This document shows positions 39,603 through 53,530 of a DNA stretch of 64,000 nt, piece by piece; the stretch's first letter is position 1, and each line of letters opens with the position of its first letter. A model generated the notes under the pieces. That model did not search any database, had not been told where the DNA came from, and worked only from the letters and a program-made list of their open reading frames with translations. A program made the translations under genes and the position numbers. This DNA is from Lingula anatina (lineage: Eukaryota > Animalia > Brachiopoda): contig CM120645.1 of the NCBI GenBank assembly GCA_051362555.1, positions 17,608,001-17,672,000 of the forward strand, given 5' to 3'.

Positions 39603-40659
39603 TACTTATAGGTTTTTATGACACGATGAGTGTCTTCTCTCTTCGTCCAGTACATTCTATTTCAAGAAAGACTGGAACTCACAGTGATGTTAGCTGGTAC
39701 CTCACGACAACCATGTTTATATTTTAACCGAATATGTTTATCACGAGTGTTGCATCTGAATTTTCTTGATAATTCATTTCATGTGTTCACAGAAAGTTAA
39801 TTTTCAGATAACTGTTTAGTCTGCAATAAAAATGAGAAATGTAAATCATGCGATTAATTTTCAGAAATCAGATAAATGAATATGCTCTTAGTTAAAAAGA
39901 CAAAATCAACTGGTAGTTTACTGCACTTGGGTTGCAGAAAAAAAACAAAAATCTGCAGCCGAATAGGCCCCTATATGTTTCCTGAATTTGACAATTTTTG
40001 TTATTTTTGTTATTGCAAAACCTTGTCATTTTAAATTTGTTTTCCAATTGGTCATTGTAAGTGACTTCAAATTCTACAAACATGATGCCTACCACATTCA
40101 AAAAGGACATTCTTTTCTCAAATGAGAGTCAAAGAAGTTACATTGTAGTTTAATACCAGTGGCGAATTTAGGGGGTGTGTCAGTGGGGGTCCTGACCCCC
40201 CCCCCCCCCCACACACACACACACCTTCGATTTCTGAAAAAAAAATTCACCAATGATCCCCTCTTGAAATTAGAATTTTGACTAGCTGAATCATAGTATA
40301 AACTGTACCAAATGGCACCGTTCGCTTTTACTTATAGTAACTTATAGTAACTGGCTCGCGCTGCCAGTAATTACGCCGCGGGATATTAAGGGCACAGACC
40401 GTGATCATAAGACATACCGCGAATAGAAAATAGAATTTAGAAAATAGACATTGCATGTGAACGAAGCCTAAACTGTACCAAATGGCACCGTTCGCTTTTT
40501 GAAATACCAAAATTTTAGGGGCCCTTCAGTGGGCCCAGACCCCAGGCTAAGGGTATGGGGGGGGGGGGCGAGGGTCGGCTTCGCATCCGCTGCCTGCCAT
40601 TCCTAAAAACCGGACCCACTTCAAATAATCCTGGATCCGCCCCTGAATTCCATACTAAT

Positions 40660-40891
40660 CTAGAAAAGCACTCCGAGAGCGCCGACCTCCGCCTAGGCAA
40701 CTATTTTTGATTATTATTGATTATTGATTATTGATTGATTGTTGATCCGGATCACCACCAAAAACCAATCACTTCTAAGTTAACCCATTTCTGACCTACC
40801 CTGAAAATTTCATCAAAATCGGTCCAAACGAACAAACAAACAAACAGACAGACAGACAGGGGTGAAAACATAACCTCCTTGGCAGAGGTAA
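40660..40891 (-). mobile_element. Short HINE family C copy
   Basis: Same termini and microsatellite as 29481-29839 (ctagaaaagcactc...aacctccttggcagaggtaa) with a single core unit. Confidence 0.85.
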
Positions 40892-41382
40892 CTGCAAAGT
40901 ACATGTACATTTAATAAATACTCTCTCGCGTACGCACTCGCATGCAAGAACAATAAAGTCACCGACATCCGCCGCCTCACAGACAGACTACACCTATTCC
41001 TTGTGCATCTACAGTAACTATGGCAACCTTTCCTGAGATTTGTACAGGCAAATGTTAGATTTTCTGCTGGCACAGAAGGTCACTCCTAAATACTATCACG
41101 GCTATATCTATAGCTTTTAGAAAGGGTCATTCTTCTTAAACTTCCCTGAATATCATCCCTTTAAAGGTTAAATGAGTTAAGCCAAGAAAGTGGCCTACTC
41201 GCTGGTCCAAAGTAAAAGGTCTGGAATAATTATGAAAACTGGGTAAACTTTTGCCGATGAATGTGATTTCGGAGAATATGAAAGTCTTGGAATCATGATG
41301 AAGACAAATGTTGGATTTCCTTGCTTCATTTTTTTTTTCTTTTGTACCTCTATCAGAATATTACTCCGTAGCTACATGTATT

Positions 41383-41386
<4 letters not shown>

Positions 41387-41425
<39 letters not shown>
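41387..41425. repeat. (GA)n microsatellite; others: (TAAA)n 26750-26797, (ATATT)n 49620-49687, (CA)n 50101-50137, (TA)n 50200-50242
   Basis: Directly visible simple repeats. Confidence 0.95.
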
Positions 41426-41426
<1 letters not shown>

Positions 41427-41810
41427 GCTATTTCTACATAATAATTAAACTGCAAAAGCTGTCTCCAAGACACCTGTACGAACAATTATTTTGAGGAACT
41501 TTGATTTTGTTTTAACAGACACACATTTTATATGTCCCTTATGTAGAATACATATATCTAAACTACCATCTCTGTGTCAGTTATTAAACTTATCACACAC
41601 GTATGAGTTGCAGAAGATACAGGGTGAGGCACATCTAACAATGTAAACGGAGGTGTAGATTGCCAATTAAAATGAAGCTGATGTCGGTAACTCATTCAAA
41701 ATACAGAACATAGCACTCAAACTTGCACGAAGGTTTGCGAGCATCACGGAAAGATTTATTGGGGAGGGGAGGGGGGAGCAGGGCCATCCGTACGAACTGG
41801 CGTCTTAGAA

Positions 41811-41881
41811 GCACGCTAGGTTCAATGAGATAATGCTCGCCTGCCACGCGGGCAGTCCGGGTTTGATTCCCAACCGATGCA
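41811..41881 (+). pseudogene. tRNA-Gly(GCC) pseudogene
   Basis: 71 nt aligning to the metazoan tRNA-Gly consensus: intact anticodon arm ctcgc-ctGCCac-gcggg and 3' end ccgatgca. The 5' acceptor strand, D-loop GG and T-arm (gtttgattcccaa) are mutated. Confidence 0.8.
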
Positions 41882-43411
41882 AAATCTGTTAAACCGACAT
41901 CATTTTGGAAAAATGTTGTGCGTGATGTTGTTATTGTTGTTGTTTGTTGTCCGTCGGCGCAACTATGTGTGTGAGACGTCATACATGCACGCATATTTGT
42001 TCTTACGTCGGAATTATTTTTGGATTGTCATACAGAGTTTAATATTCGTCGATACATACATTACCTTTGTTTTTAATAACTGTTAGCTGCTTTCAACTTC
42101 TGGTGAGTCAACATCTATTTTTCTCACTGTATATTAGGTTACAATTAAATAGAAATGAGACAAAAGATGGGAGTTGTCTTCAAACTATTTGTAAAAAATA
42201 TCCACGTGATACATGGAATTAGAATTTTGACTAGCTGAATCATAGTTCTAAACCGTATCAAATGACACCGTTCGCCTTCTAAAATACCAAAAATTTTCAG
42301 GGCCCCTCAGCGGGCCCCGAACCCCACGCCAAGATTTTTTGGGAGGGGGGGGGCGCTTCGCATCCGGAAAAGCCCCCCCCCCCTTCAAACAATCCTAGAT
42401 CCGCCCCTGGGTGCAATTACATAGTAGGTGCCAAACATAAAGTTTAGTTAGCTTGTGACCCACCCTAAATGAATGGCTTAATTTTTGGGCCCACCCCTTT
42501 TAGTAGACTAAAAAAATCCCCCCCCCCCTACACACACACATACATGTACACACACTTTCTCCACCCCCACCCCGTACTTTATGATGATCGTCATCTTTAT
42601 CCCGCTCCTCCGCATATCGAAGATTGTCGGCACACTCCATGGACCAAGCCCCTCTACTTCTTTCTATCAACTGCCATCCTCGTGACCTCTGTTAAACTTT
42701 TTCTTGTCCATTTGTATGTTGGTTTTCCATCCAAACCTTGGCCAGCCACGTTTTCTCTTTATTGGGACGCTTAGAAATGTTGATGTAAACAACTCTAATT
42801 TTTCCAATCGCAACTCAATAAAGATATATAGCAATCACTTTTTATAACACCTCAATATTAGGAATCGTTCATTCATAAAAAAGGGAAAAGGATACAGAAT
42901 AAATATAAGTAAAGTAAAAGTGTGTAGAGGGTAAACGTCTGGATAGGGCGTACATGTAGAACACATTGGAGTATTGGGGGGGGGGGGGGGTACTCTCAGG
43001 CCCTTCTGGCTGTTACTAAATTCATCCCAGGAGCGAGTCGTCGAGCATTGGTTCGTAATTGAAAAAAAAACTCTTGAGGAATATTTGATTTGGTAGCTTC
43101 AATTATATATTAATATTTTGAATATTATCAATCGATTCAATATCAAAATACAGATTAATCAAGATCACCACCTTTGAAATCTCTGGTTTGAGCATCACTT
43201 CCTGTCAGCTTTATTACTAAAGACAATCTAATTTGCATATAAGAGAAAAAAGGCGTTTTTATCTTATGTATGGTTCTTTACATATTTTTTCATTATTTTA
43301 AAAAAGGAATGTTCCTTTTTTACTGACATATTTATAGATATTTTATCAATATGTGTAATTTATTAATTATTTAATCATTAAAAAACAACATTTTCCAGGC
43401 GTGTATGACGT

Positions 43412-46366
43412 CCCAGACAGCCTCAATAATCTGGCCCACGTCTGGCCCAGATCTGGCAACGTCTGGCAATATCTGGGCCAGATTTTGCCAGACACTTGCC
43501 AGATCTGGGCCAAGTCTGGCAAAGTCTGGCATTTATGCCACATTTTGCCAGACACTTGCCAGATCTGGGCCAAGTCTGGCAAAGTCTGGCATTTACGCCA
43601 CATTTTGCCAGATGCTGCCCAGACTTGGGCCAGATATGGTACTTTCATTTTCAATTTTTATTTTCTATTTATTTATTTTTTATTGACCAGTGAGCTGAAT
43701 GCATTGAACTGACGTCATTTGATAAATTTTGATTTAATTTATCTCTCTCTTTTTTCTTCAAAGTCCCCTCATAAGTGTGCTATTTGTTTAATTTGACTTG
43801 ACATTTGAATGAATTCACTGATCTAAAACTTTTTTGGACTACTCGTTCCGCTGTTGTAAGATTCCGCTTTTTATGCTAAGCCGGTCAAGGACCCGGATGT
43901 AGCGTTTCTTAGAGTTATGGATATGAAAAAAGCACAAGCGTATCAAACTGATACAATTTCGTTGAGTGATTTGATTCGTGGTGCGATTTATTTCGAAGGC
44001 ATCAACACTGGCGACGAGGATAAACACTAGTGCAAAACTGTGAGTCAAGTTTCTTTGAAAAAAATGGAGAAAAAATGTGAAATTACGGAATTCGAACCGT
44101 ACAGAAGTCCGGAGACATTGGGTCACGCTCGACGCGATGGCTAGACAGTTTAAACTTTTCGCTGACGGAAAAAGATTGATCTTTTCAAAACCAACGAACG
44201 GCATGAATAATGAACAAAGATAGAAAATTAAAAATACATGACAAAGGAGACGCGCGCTTATGTTGTATTCAGCAGGGACAGGTGTACAACTTACAAGATA
44301 TTTTCAGGACTCTCCCAAACACAGGTTAGAAACATGAATATACATAAGACAGTTAACGCTTTGAATGAAATTGGAACACCAGAAACTGAGTATGATGAAA
44401 CTGAAGTCATTTGACAAACCAAGCCAGTCTAAACATTACGAGTTTAGACATGAAAAACGAAGTAGAAACTCCCTGACTGAGAAAACATGGAACGTTGGAT
44501 CACTTTGCAAAACTCTGCAAAACTGAAACTATTATTCATGTAAATGACAGCTTTGAACATGAAAATCCAGGAGTGCATATACATTTGGTGTGGGAACCAA
44601 TGCACAGAAGACATGGAGGAAATAGAGGAGGTGTTAATCTCAGTGTATTACCAGATTCAGGTGCATATTGTAATATCATTGATGAAAATACATGGAGAAT
44701 GCTGAAATCCAAGAAAAATAAATGTGGCTCTTGTGGAGGACCAGAAAACAAACAGTATTATTCATGTACACGTCTGAGAAACCTTTAAAAGTGAAGGGAA
44801 CATTTGAATATGACGTAAAGGCAAGCAAAGGAAGAGACCAGTAGTAGTGAAAGGACATGGGATTTGATATGAGTTGATTAGTTTTGAGAATTTTCAGTGT
44901 GGTTTAAGGAATAAAAGTTGGAGTTCATATGCTATTCTGCAAATGTTTGAAAAGACATTTTAAAGACTGAACTGTCAATTAACATGTTTTGAAAGGACCG
45001 TTTCTCTCCAAGAAAGGAAGGGATGTTGTGTTTGGACTTGACATTTGAATGAACTTTTGTTAACTTGGTAGAGTTACTTGTTCCATTGTTGATTCCTTTA
45101 ATAATTATAAGCTTGTCAAGGTTGCGGGTGTATCATTTCTTAGTGTTATGGATTTGAAAAAAGCGCAAGCATTGCAAACTGGTTCAATTCATTGAGTGAT
45201 TTGATTCGTGATGTGATTTAATTCAAAAGCATTGATACTGGGGTTTGTTTTTGTGCACATGTAATTCTCTTTTAATTGTACATCTATATCTGTGCTGGAG
45301 TATACATATTTTTTTTTCAGAATTTACATGTATGTACAGTACTGTAGCCAGCATGCAAGTTGAATTGAAACAGTTACTGCATGGTTATTTATAATTTTGT
45401 TATAACTCTCCATCATCTAAAAAAGAATGTTTTTTCATTCATTATTCAAGATTTATTCATTACAAAACTATATTCATTAGTGATTATTATTATTATTAAT
45501 GATATGTTTGAATTAGTTTAAAAATGACAATGTATAATATTATTTAGGTTGAGGTGTGCAAAAATATTTCCCCCTCAAATCCCCCCCCCCCATGTACATG
45601 CATAATTAATTACAATTTTTGTAATTTGTGTTAATTCAGATTCGATGAGCAGCTTTGTGTTGAAAAAAAAATTGTTGTTATAACTGTTTTCTTTACATGT
45701 ATGTAAGTGACATTTCCTCCTGTTAAGTGTCTGTATATTTGCCTTTTTGCAGTGTGTTTTTTTTTTTCAAACATACAAATTGTTTTGTACAAAAAGACAA
45801 GGAGTGGCCCTTAATTTGTTGCATGTTAGTTGCCAGCAAGGTTATATAATGTGTAATAATTTTGTTTAGGCTTTTAGCACAGAATAAATACTTGAATCTT
45901 GAATCTTGTATGTCTTTTTTTATAGTTATCTTATTGAATAATTAAAAAAAGAAAAAAAAAAAAAAAAAACAATCTGGGCCATATGTGGTCCATGTCCGGC
46001 CCTAATCTGGCCCACATCCGGCATGCCATACCTTTGCCAGATATTGCCAGATCTGGCCACATGAGCAAATGTGAAATAATAAAAAAAAACAATCTGGGCC
46101 ATATGTGGTCCTTGTCTGGCCCTAATCTGGCCCATTTGAATATGATCTGGCCCATATCTGGCCCACATCTGGCATGCCATACATTTGCCAGATATTGCCA
46201 GATCTGGGCCGACATCTGGCCATATGAGCAAATGTGGACTGGGCCAGATCTGGCCCAGACATTGCCACATCTGGCCCACATGTGGCAAGCCATACCTTTT
46301 GCCAGACATTGCCAGACGTTGCCAGATCTGGGCCAGACGTGGGCCAGATCACTGAGGCTGTCTGGG
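43412..46366. mobile_element. Non-autonomous TIR DNA transposon (CCCAG termini, 2-bp TSD; EnSpm/CMC-like by inference)
   Basis: ~60-bp near-perfect TIRs cccagacagcctca.t.atctggcccacgtctggcccagatctggcaacgtctggcaat, gt duplicated on both sides, and subterminal arrays of tctggc/gccaga motifs (43412-43640, 45970-46366). Confidence 0.88.
43780..45237 (+). mobile_element. Old, internally deleted Ty3/Gypsy LTR element nested in the TIR element
   Basis: Diverged direct repeats ~43780-44007 and 45024-45237, PBS tggcgacgaggat (44009-44021, complementary to the tRNA-Ser(GCT) 3' end), PPT aagaaaggaaggga and retropepsin remnant LPDSGAYCNIIDENTW. No RT or integrase remains. Confidence 0.75.
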
Positions 46367-46799
46367 GTAATCTCTCCCAAGTCATAAAAGTAGTAAAATA
46401 GCGCTGACTGGTGAAGTAGGTCAATTGCCTGTGTTATTCTCCCATACGATTATTGATTTTTTCTAACGTGGAACATTTTAGGGGAAGGATGAAGAGAGAG
46501 AGAGAGGGGTCAAACTACCAAAAATATTTGGCATGCATGGAATCACTGAAAGCAGAATATGCTGCAAATTTAAGAAAAGAAAAAAAACAAGACCCATTGA
46601 TTCAATTTTAGCAAGTACAAGTTTGCAGATATTATGAGATCTTTGTGTTTCATCTGCCTCTCCCTAAAATGGCGCTGACCGCGTTAACTCTTCCGCTCCC
46701 GGGAAACGCAGAGAATCCAGCGCCAAATGGCAGCATAAGACCCGACAACGATACCGGATACGTGCACACAGTAGCTGGGGTGGGTTAGGAGGGGGTTAA

Positions 46800-46830
<31 letters not shown>

Positions 46831-47220
46831 ACACAAACACACATACATTTTCCAACCACGTCAGTTCTCAGCGGAGAGAGTTTGGTGGACTTAAGGTGGT
46901 GGACTTTGGTGGACTAAAGGCAGGACCCCCATGACCCCCCCTCTAAACCTGCCACTGTTACTTGATATTATTATTATTATATATATAGATCTATTTGGTA
47001 TCAATGCTATGTTTATGTATATCCATATCTTTCTGGGATCAGGCATGGGGTTTCTGTCACCAGATTTCTGTCAAAAAGTTGTTATCCCTTTATGTAGTAA
47101 TACACATTATGGAAAAGTGATTGTGATTTTACTGGTAAACAAAGTAATATTGCATTAAAACTGACAACAAACCTGTTTTGTAGACTATTATAATAATTAT
47201 TATCTGCTTTACGACTGTAC

Positions 47221-48537
47221 ACAGATTAGCATTTGGCAATCACATCTACAGTGTATGCTGATGATACACAAATTTTTACATGCTGTAATGTAGAAAATCC
47301 TAATGAATCAATTGAAAATCTGTCTAGGTGTATTGATGATCTACAAGGGTGGTTGATGAGAACTAAGTTGAAAATCAATGATGGAAAATCTGAACGTTTA
47401 GTTGTAACCCAGCCAAATAATCAGAAAATATCAGAAAAAATTGAACTCAAAATTGGATCCAGTATCATAAAGCCAATGCTCCATGCTAAAAATCTTGGTG
47501 TTTTTTAGATAGAACACTTTCTATGAATAAGCTAATTGCTAGCATATGCAAGTCAGCAGCATATAACATTAGGAACATAGGCGCAATTCGTAATCACCTA
47601 TCTGACTCTGCTGCAGCTACAGTTGCAAATTGTTTAGTAACATCTAGATTGGATTATTGTAATTCTATTTTATATGCTTGTCCAAAAAACCAGATTAAAA
47701 GACTACAGCATATTTAGAACATCTCTAGAACATCTCTAGCTAGATTGTTAACCCGTACATCCATGAGTTACCATATCACCCCTGTTTTAAAAAGTCACAT
47801 TGGCTACAGGTACCTCTGCAAGCCAGGATTTTATTTAAATTTCTAGTCTTTGTTCATGATGCTTATTACAAAGTTGCACTGATCTACCTAAGTGAATTAG
47901 TCACTCACTATGTTCCAGCAAGAAACCTGCGGTCTGTAGACAAATTGTTACTTAAGCCGGTAAAAATGCACCTAAAAACTTATGGTGACATTTCTATTAA
48001 ATCAGCAGGTCCAAAGGAATGGAATTTATTACCACTGGAAATCCAATCAATTGAGTCTACCAGACATTTTAAAAAAGAATTGAAGACATACCTATTCAGG
48101 AAATTTTTTGATTAATCGTCTTTTAAATTGATTTTACAAATTTTACAGTAATTGCATTTTTGCACTATAAGAAATAAGGCTGCTCTACCTATAATCCTTT
48201 ATGTGTGCAAATAAGGCTGTTTTTTTTTTTTTTCTAGAATTGATTATTTTTTTCTTAACAAATATGTTTTAGTTATTTTCTATAAATACTTTTATGTGAG
48301 AATCTGTATGTTTTATCTAGAATACTCTTATTATTATTTTTATTATTTTTATTTATTTATTTTTTTTTGTCGTTAAGTTCTGTAATTTTTCTTTTATCTA
48401 TTCCTAATAATTGATTTCTTAAGTAATTGTTTTATGTATATGTGAAGTCTTCTGAACATGTTATAATGGATTTTAGACTCAAAATAAATTTATTATTATT
48501 ATTATTATTATGATTATTATTATTATTATTATTATAT
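47221..48537 (+). mobile_element. 5'-truncated, decayed L2/CR1-group LINE
   Basis: RT motif VYADDTQIF, then KLKINDGKSE, KNLGV and LVTSRLDYCNSILY, with stops and frameshifts; T-rich 3' UTR and (TTA)n tail. Confidence 0.9.
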
Positions 48538-49109
48538 TTAACAGTTTTGCTGCCTTGTTTTCACAATGCTTGTCATTCAGTTAAGCAGGGTCATAATTTT
48601 TCAAACAAAAATCCAATGTCCCTTCTTTGAACTTGGTTCTTGCTAATTAAACCTCTGCTGTTCATACACCCTATTTTAATGTTTGTCATATACATTACAT
48701 AACATACAATGCAACATATATACAATGAGTCAAAGTTATGAGGGATCGAAGAAATTTAATCATTTTGGTCACTTTACCACTGTATAACACCAGATAGAAC
48801 TTTGCCTCACATTGGTTTCTCTTGTTGTGTTAAAAGAATGAGCATTTATAAATAACAACTATTGCTGTTTTATAATGGGAAGACCGTGGAAATTGTGATT
48901 TCAACTGTTGCTAACTTGCTGTTGTATTATACATAGGGACCATTCAGAATGAGAAGAGCCAAGTGCTAGCCAGGCCATATGACCTAAATATGGCAGACCT
49001 ACATGAAAGGAAGACCGCTTAATCCTGTAATGGTCTCTCCAGCTCTTACAAGCCTCCCCACGCATCGTCTCTGCAGGGCCACAGTAATTTAATCTCGGTT
49101 CAATTCAAC

Positions 49110-49610
49110 CAGTTGCAGTTGCATTATGGGAATACATTGAGCATTGTGACAACAACAATTGCAGTTGCATTATGGGAATACATCTTAAGCATTGTGACAT
49201 CAACAATTGCAGTTGCATTATGGGAATACATTGAACATTCTGACATCAACAGTTGCAGTTGCATTATTGGAATTCCGAATACTTTGAACATTGTGACATC
49301 AACAATTGCAGCTGCATTATGGGAATACATTGAGCATCGTGACATCAACAATTGCAGTTGCATTATGGGAATACATTTGAGCATTGTGACATCAACAATT
49401 GTGGTTGCATTATGTGAATACATTGAGCATTGTGACATCAACAATTGCTGTTGTATTATGGGAAGACATTGAGCATTGTGACATCAACAATTGCTGTTGT
49501 ATTATGGGAATACATTGAGCATTTTAACATCAACAACTGCTGCTGTATTTTGGTAAGAGATTGAACATTGTGACATCAGCAAGTGGTGTTATGTTATTGA
49601 GAATACTTTT
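49110..49610. repeat. ~46-bp satellite (about 10 units)
   Basis: cattgagcattgtgacatcaacaattgcagttgcattatgggaata in tandem; same family as 63010-64000. Confidence 0.9.
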
Positions 49611-49726
49611 TTCACTTGCTTATTATATTATATTATATTATATTATATTATATTATATTATATTATATTATATTATATTATATTATTCAATCATATTGTT
49701 TCTTTGAATTTATTATTTTTACTGTT

Positions 49727-50096
49727 TTATGTACAGACACATTGTGCCTGTATATGTAGCCATCACCTACATCTGTTATTGCTGTTGTTGTTGTCCCCAA
49801 CATTTCTGTTTTAGCTGTGCACCTTCATTGTTAATACGTTGAAAGCTGTTAGATCTGTTGTCTTCAAACTGGCAGAACTGATGAACATGATCCATCCAAT
49901 TTTTTTCATTAGTTAACCTTTTATCAGCTTGTATTCAAGGAAAACCGATAGGCCTTTTTTTTCAAACCTTCAGGAGTGATCAATATTATTGTTATGCTGT
50001 TTTTTTGTTTGCATTTTGGCATATATTATTATACAGGGGGGATCCAAGATTATTTGAAGGGGGGTCTGCAGATGCAAAGTCCATCCTCCCCCCTCC

Positions 50097-50140
<44 letters not shown>

Positions 50141-50196
50141 GTGTGCGGGGTTTGGGGCCCTTCGTGCTGTTTTTTTTTCAGTATGTATTATTCTTA

Positions 50197-50247
<51 letters not shown>

Positions 50248-51010
50248 ATACCCTATTTCATGGAAAACAATTTGCCTGTCTTCAAACTTACATGACTGAC
50301 AAATATGACTTAGATACAACTGGTGTTTTAAAACCAGCCTGATCGCATATATACTGGTACTTTTTACCTCTGCCAAGGAGGTTATGTTTTCTCCCCTGTT
50401 TGTCTGTCTGTCTGTCATCAATATAACTCAAAAAGTTATGGACCGATTTTGATGAAATTTTCAGGAACTGTCAGAAGTGGGCCAAGGAACACATGATTAG
50501 TTTTTGATGGTGATCTGGATCAATAATCTATCAATAATCAATAATCAGAAATATTGAAAATTTAGGGGTGAAACTGCATTGGATGGAGACTTTGCTGCCT
50601 TGGCAGAGGTCTGTGCTCTCTGAGTGCTTTTCTAGTATTGTTGTTGTAATTAAAGGAGTGTGTGTGTTTGTGTGTATTTGTATGGAAAATTCAATTTTTT
50701 TCATTATTGTATTTTCATAGTGTGACTATGAACTTCAATGGGCCTGAAGACTTTAGCTAGTATCATTTCTAAATATCTGTCATCTGCAGTACATCATTAA
50801 AACTAGTGGTGATTCTAAACATTATGTACATAGTATTGCATCGGACTTGAACAAAACCCTATTTTGGGCACTGCCACAGTAGTGGCCATTTAAAGTAAAC
50901 CAGATACTTATAATTCTCAAACCTACAGAAAAATATGGTACAAGTAAAATACAGTTTGCCACCATAAATGCAATAAAAGGAAAACAGTGTGACTCATTTT
51001 GGAACTTATA
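49727..51010 (+). mobile_element. Degenerate HINE family B copy with nested insertions
   Basis: Decayed 5' hairpin tatgtacagacac-att-gtgcctgtatat followed by gccatcacc. 50720-51010 aligns by eye with the reverse complement of 16870-17160. Confidence 0.6.
50364..50635 (+). mobile_element. Short HINE family C copy
   Basis: ttacctctgccaaggaggttatg...(GTCT)n...ccttggcagaggtctgtgctctctgagtgcttttctag. Confidence 0.85.
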
Positions 51011-53381
51011 AAAAAGATATGTAGAATTGACGTGTTTGTTTTATTTTGTTTGTTGCCCCAGTTATGCTTTAAATACAATGTTTAGCTTTAATTACTGTAA
51101 TGGTGGTGTTTGAAGACATGCCCCGTCCCAATACAATACAGTACAATACAATACAGTTTATTTCATGTCGGAAAGAATGAAAGTAGCTGAGTAGCTATTC
51201 ATGGACAGAATAAATTAAATAATGATACAGCGTTTACTACTATTGTTTCTAACTACTTCTGTTGATTGAAATTACAACAGGAAAATAAGGCCAAGCAGCT
51301 GACATAGTATGATACATTATTATAGTGGGTAATAATTAAGTTTACATTGAGACATCCATGGCATTGCAGAGATTACACTTGCACTTAGGTCCTTCCCATT
51401 TTTTTTTAATAATTGTTTTTACTTCATTCAGACTAACACAAGCTTTTGGGTATTTTGTGGCTTTGAGGTTAAGCATAAGTTTTTGAAGTGGTTGTGACTA
51501 TTTCCTTGATAAGTTTAAAACAAGTTTTATTTTTTGTTGTGTTACAATAAAGACTTCTCTCACATCTATTAATAGTAAATCATGAAAGTATTTAAATAAG
51601 GAGTGCATGCTGAGCTAGATGTAATTGGATAAAAAGTTTGCTGTTATAATATAAAGAGAAGGGTAGGTGGTGAACAATGCTAATTAACATTTGATAGCTT
51701 CTTGGTCATTCCAGAAGAAAGGATACAATTCCAAAATGAGAAATGCAGAAATATGAACTTTGCAAAACTGGAAAACTTTTTACATTATTTTAATGAAGAG
51801 GTATTCAGAGAGTGGCAGAAGAATTTTAACCCACTCTGTTACTGTATTTCAAGAAATATGCACGTGTAAACATAATACAATATTTTTTCGTTATGGAGGT
51901 TAGGTAACATCTAAATTAGGTTATATTTCAATCATTCCATACGTCACAGGTTCCATTTTTGATTCAATTACCAAGATTTTGTATGTATTTAAAAATATTG
52001 TTACCTATTTAACATTTCTTTTCAATTACAGAAAATGCGGGGCTAACACTTTGGTAATAATTAAGTCACATGTTTTCAATAAATACAAAGCCTGAGGTAT
52101 TCCAATTTAAATATTTTAAAAATCACTGGGAACAGTCTTTCTTTTATATCATACTAGTTGTTTATGAACAAAGTGCTATCCATCTGTTGTAATGTAGATC
52201 AATCAGCACACAAATATCCAATGTGCAGATAAAAAATGAGCAATTTGGTAATGGAGGTTAGGTCAAAAGCAACAGTATTTGTTTAGATTTTTTAAAGTCA
52301 AAAGTAAACTTCAGAAGCTGAATTCAGGATTTGTAGTATTACAGATATGACAAATGTCACATAATAAGATAGAAAATTAATAAAAGATGTTTATTCAAAT
52401 CAACAAATGGCAAATGGTTACAGTGGGTGTTATGTTTGCTTTTAAAGGAACTACATAAATACCATTACCACTACTGGATACATTTCATGGCCAATATGTT
52501 GATTGCTGCATCTGTAGAATTCACATTCCATATATTTTACCAGAGTAAGAGTTAATTTTATTATCTTAGCAACAGAGGTTAGGTAAAACTGTAGCCTAAA
52601 TTATGCCATCATTTAAACCGTTCAAATGTCTGGTGGTGGTGTAAAACAGTGTTTGCCACTCCCAGAAGATTGGGGCAGATCTGGTAGTTTCTGGATGATT
52701 TTTTCAAAGCTTGTCCAAATTGGACATTATAATAGGTTCATTTCAAAAATCTTTGGTTATTACACTATTTTGCTGTTTTCTTTCAATCCAGATAAGTTAC
52801 AGTTGGATACTTTGTATAATGTACCGATATAACACTGAAGTACCTTCCTACTACTTTTGACTAGGATAGTAGTTGTTCAGTTTGTGGATAAACTGGAATT
52901 ACGATAATGTGCCATGAATTTTGTATAGTAGAAAATAATTAAATTTGGGAAAAGATCGTTTTGGTCGTAATTCATGAAATGGAGGTGCTCAGAACCTCCA
53001 AACGTTAAAATTTCATGGAATTCTGTCAATTTTGACCAGAAGTTGTCTGTTTGTCACTAGGCCTTATGTTACCTTCTCTCAATGATCTATTTAGAGTTAC
53101 CATGATGAATGATGGGTGAGTGTCGGTAATTGCGACCCAAGGGATATATATACTTTCACTCCATCACTCTGTATGGCCGAAGGTGGTACTGTTGGCTAGG
53201 GACGCAAATCAGCATCATTATCAGTAGTGTCCTTTTTCAAAAGCGAAACTGGCAGCCGGAAACTATAGTATTGTTTTGAGAATGATCCTTGTGCTCAGAA
53301 CAGGAGTGGACGGAGGAAGAGACAGCTGGAGATTGGTGTTCACCCTGTCCAGATAACTTTCACTGTGGAAGCCGGGCTTAG

Positions 53382-53512
53382 TGTCACATAGTGGTGCGTC
53401 ATGCACATTATGTAATATTATCCAATTAGAATAAAGCGCGGCTGTGTGCTGCAGTTGAGTAATTACTAACAACGTGTCGTCTGGTGTGCGCTCCTCCGCT
53501 CGTAACATTACA
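53382..53512 (+). repeat. 5' LTR
   Basis: tgtcacatag...aacattaca; contains aataaa; preceded by TSD cttag. Confidence 0.95.
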
Positions 53513-53530
53513 TGGTGTCAGAAGTGGGAT
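53513..53530 (+). promoter_or_regulatory. Primer binding site (tRNA-Leu)
   Basis: tggtgtcagaagtgggat is the complement of the tRNA-Leu(CAA/CAG) 3' end ...ATCCCACTTCTGACACCA; it overlaps the gag ATG. Confidence 0.85.

Noticed and set aside
41811-41881. Functional tRNA-Gly gene
   Set aside because: Acceptor stem pairing, D-loop GG and T-arm/B-box are mutated.
43367-46424. Overlapping Trp/Cys-rich ORFs on both strands at 43.4-43.7 kb and 45.9-46.4 kb
   Set aside because: They are translation artefacts of the tctggc/gccaga subterminal repeats of the TIR element.
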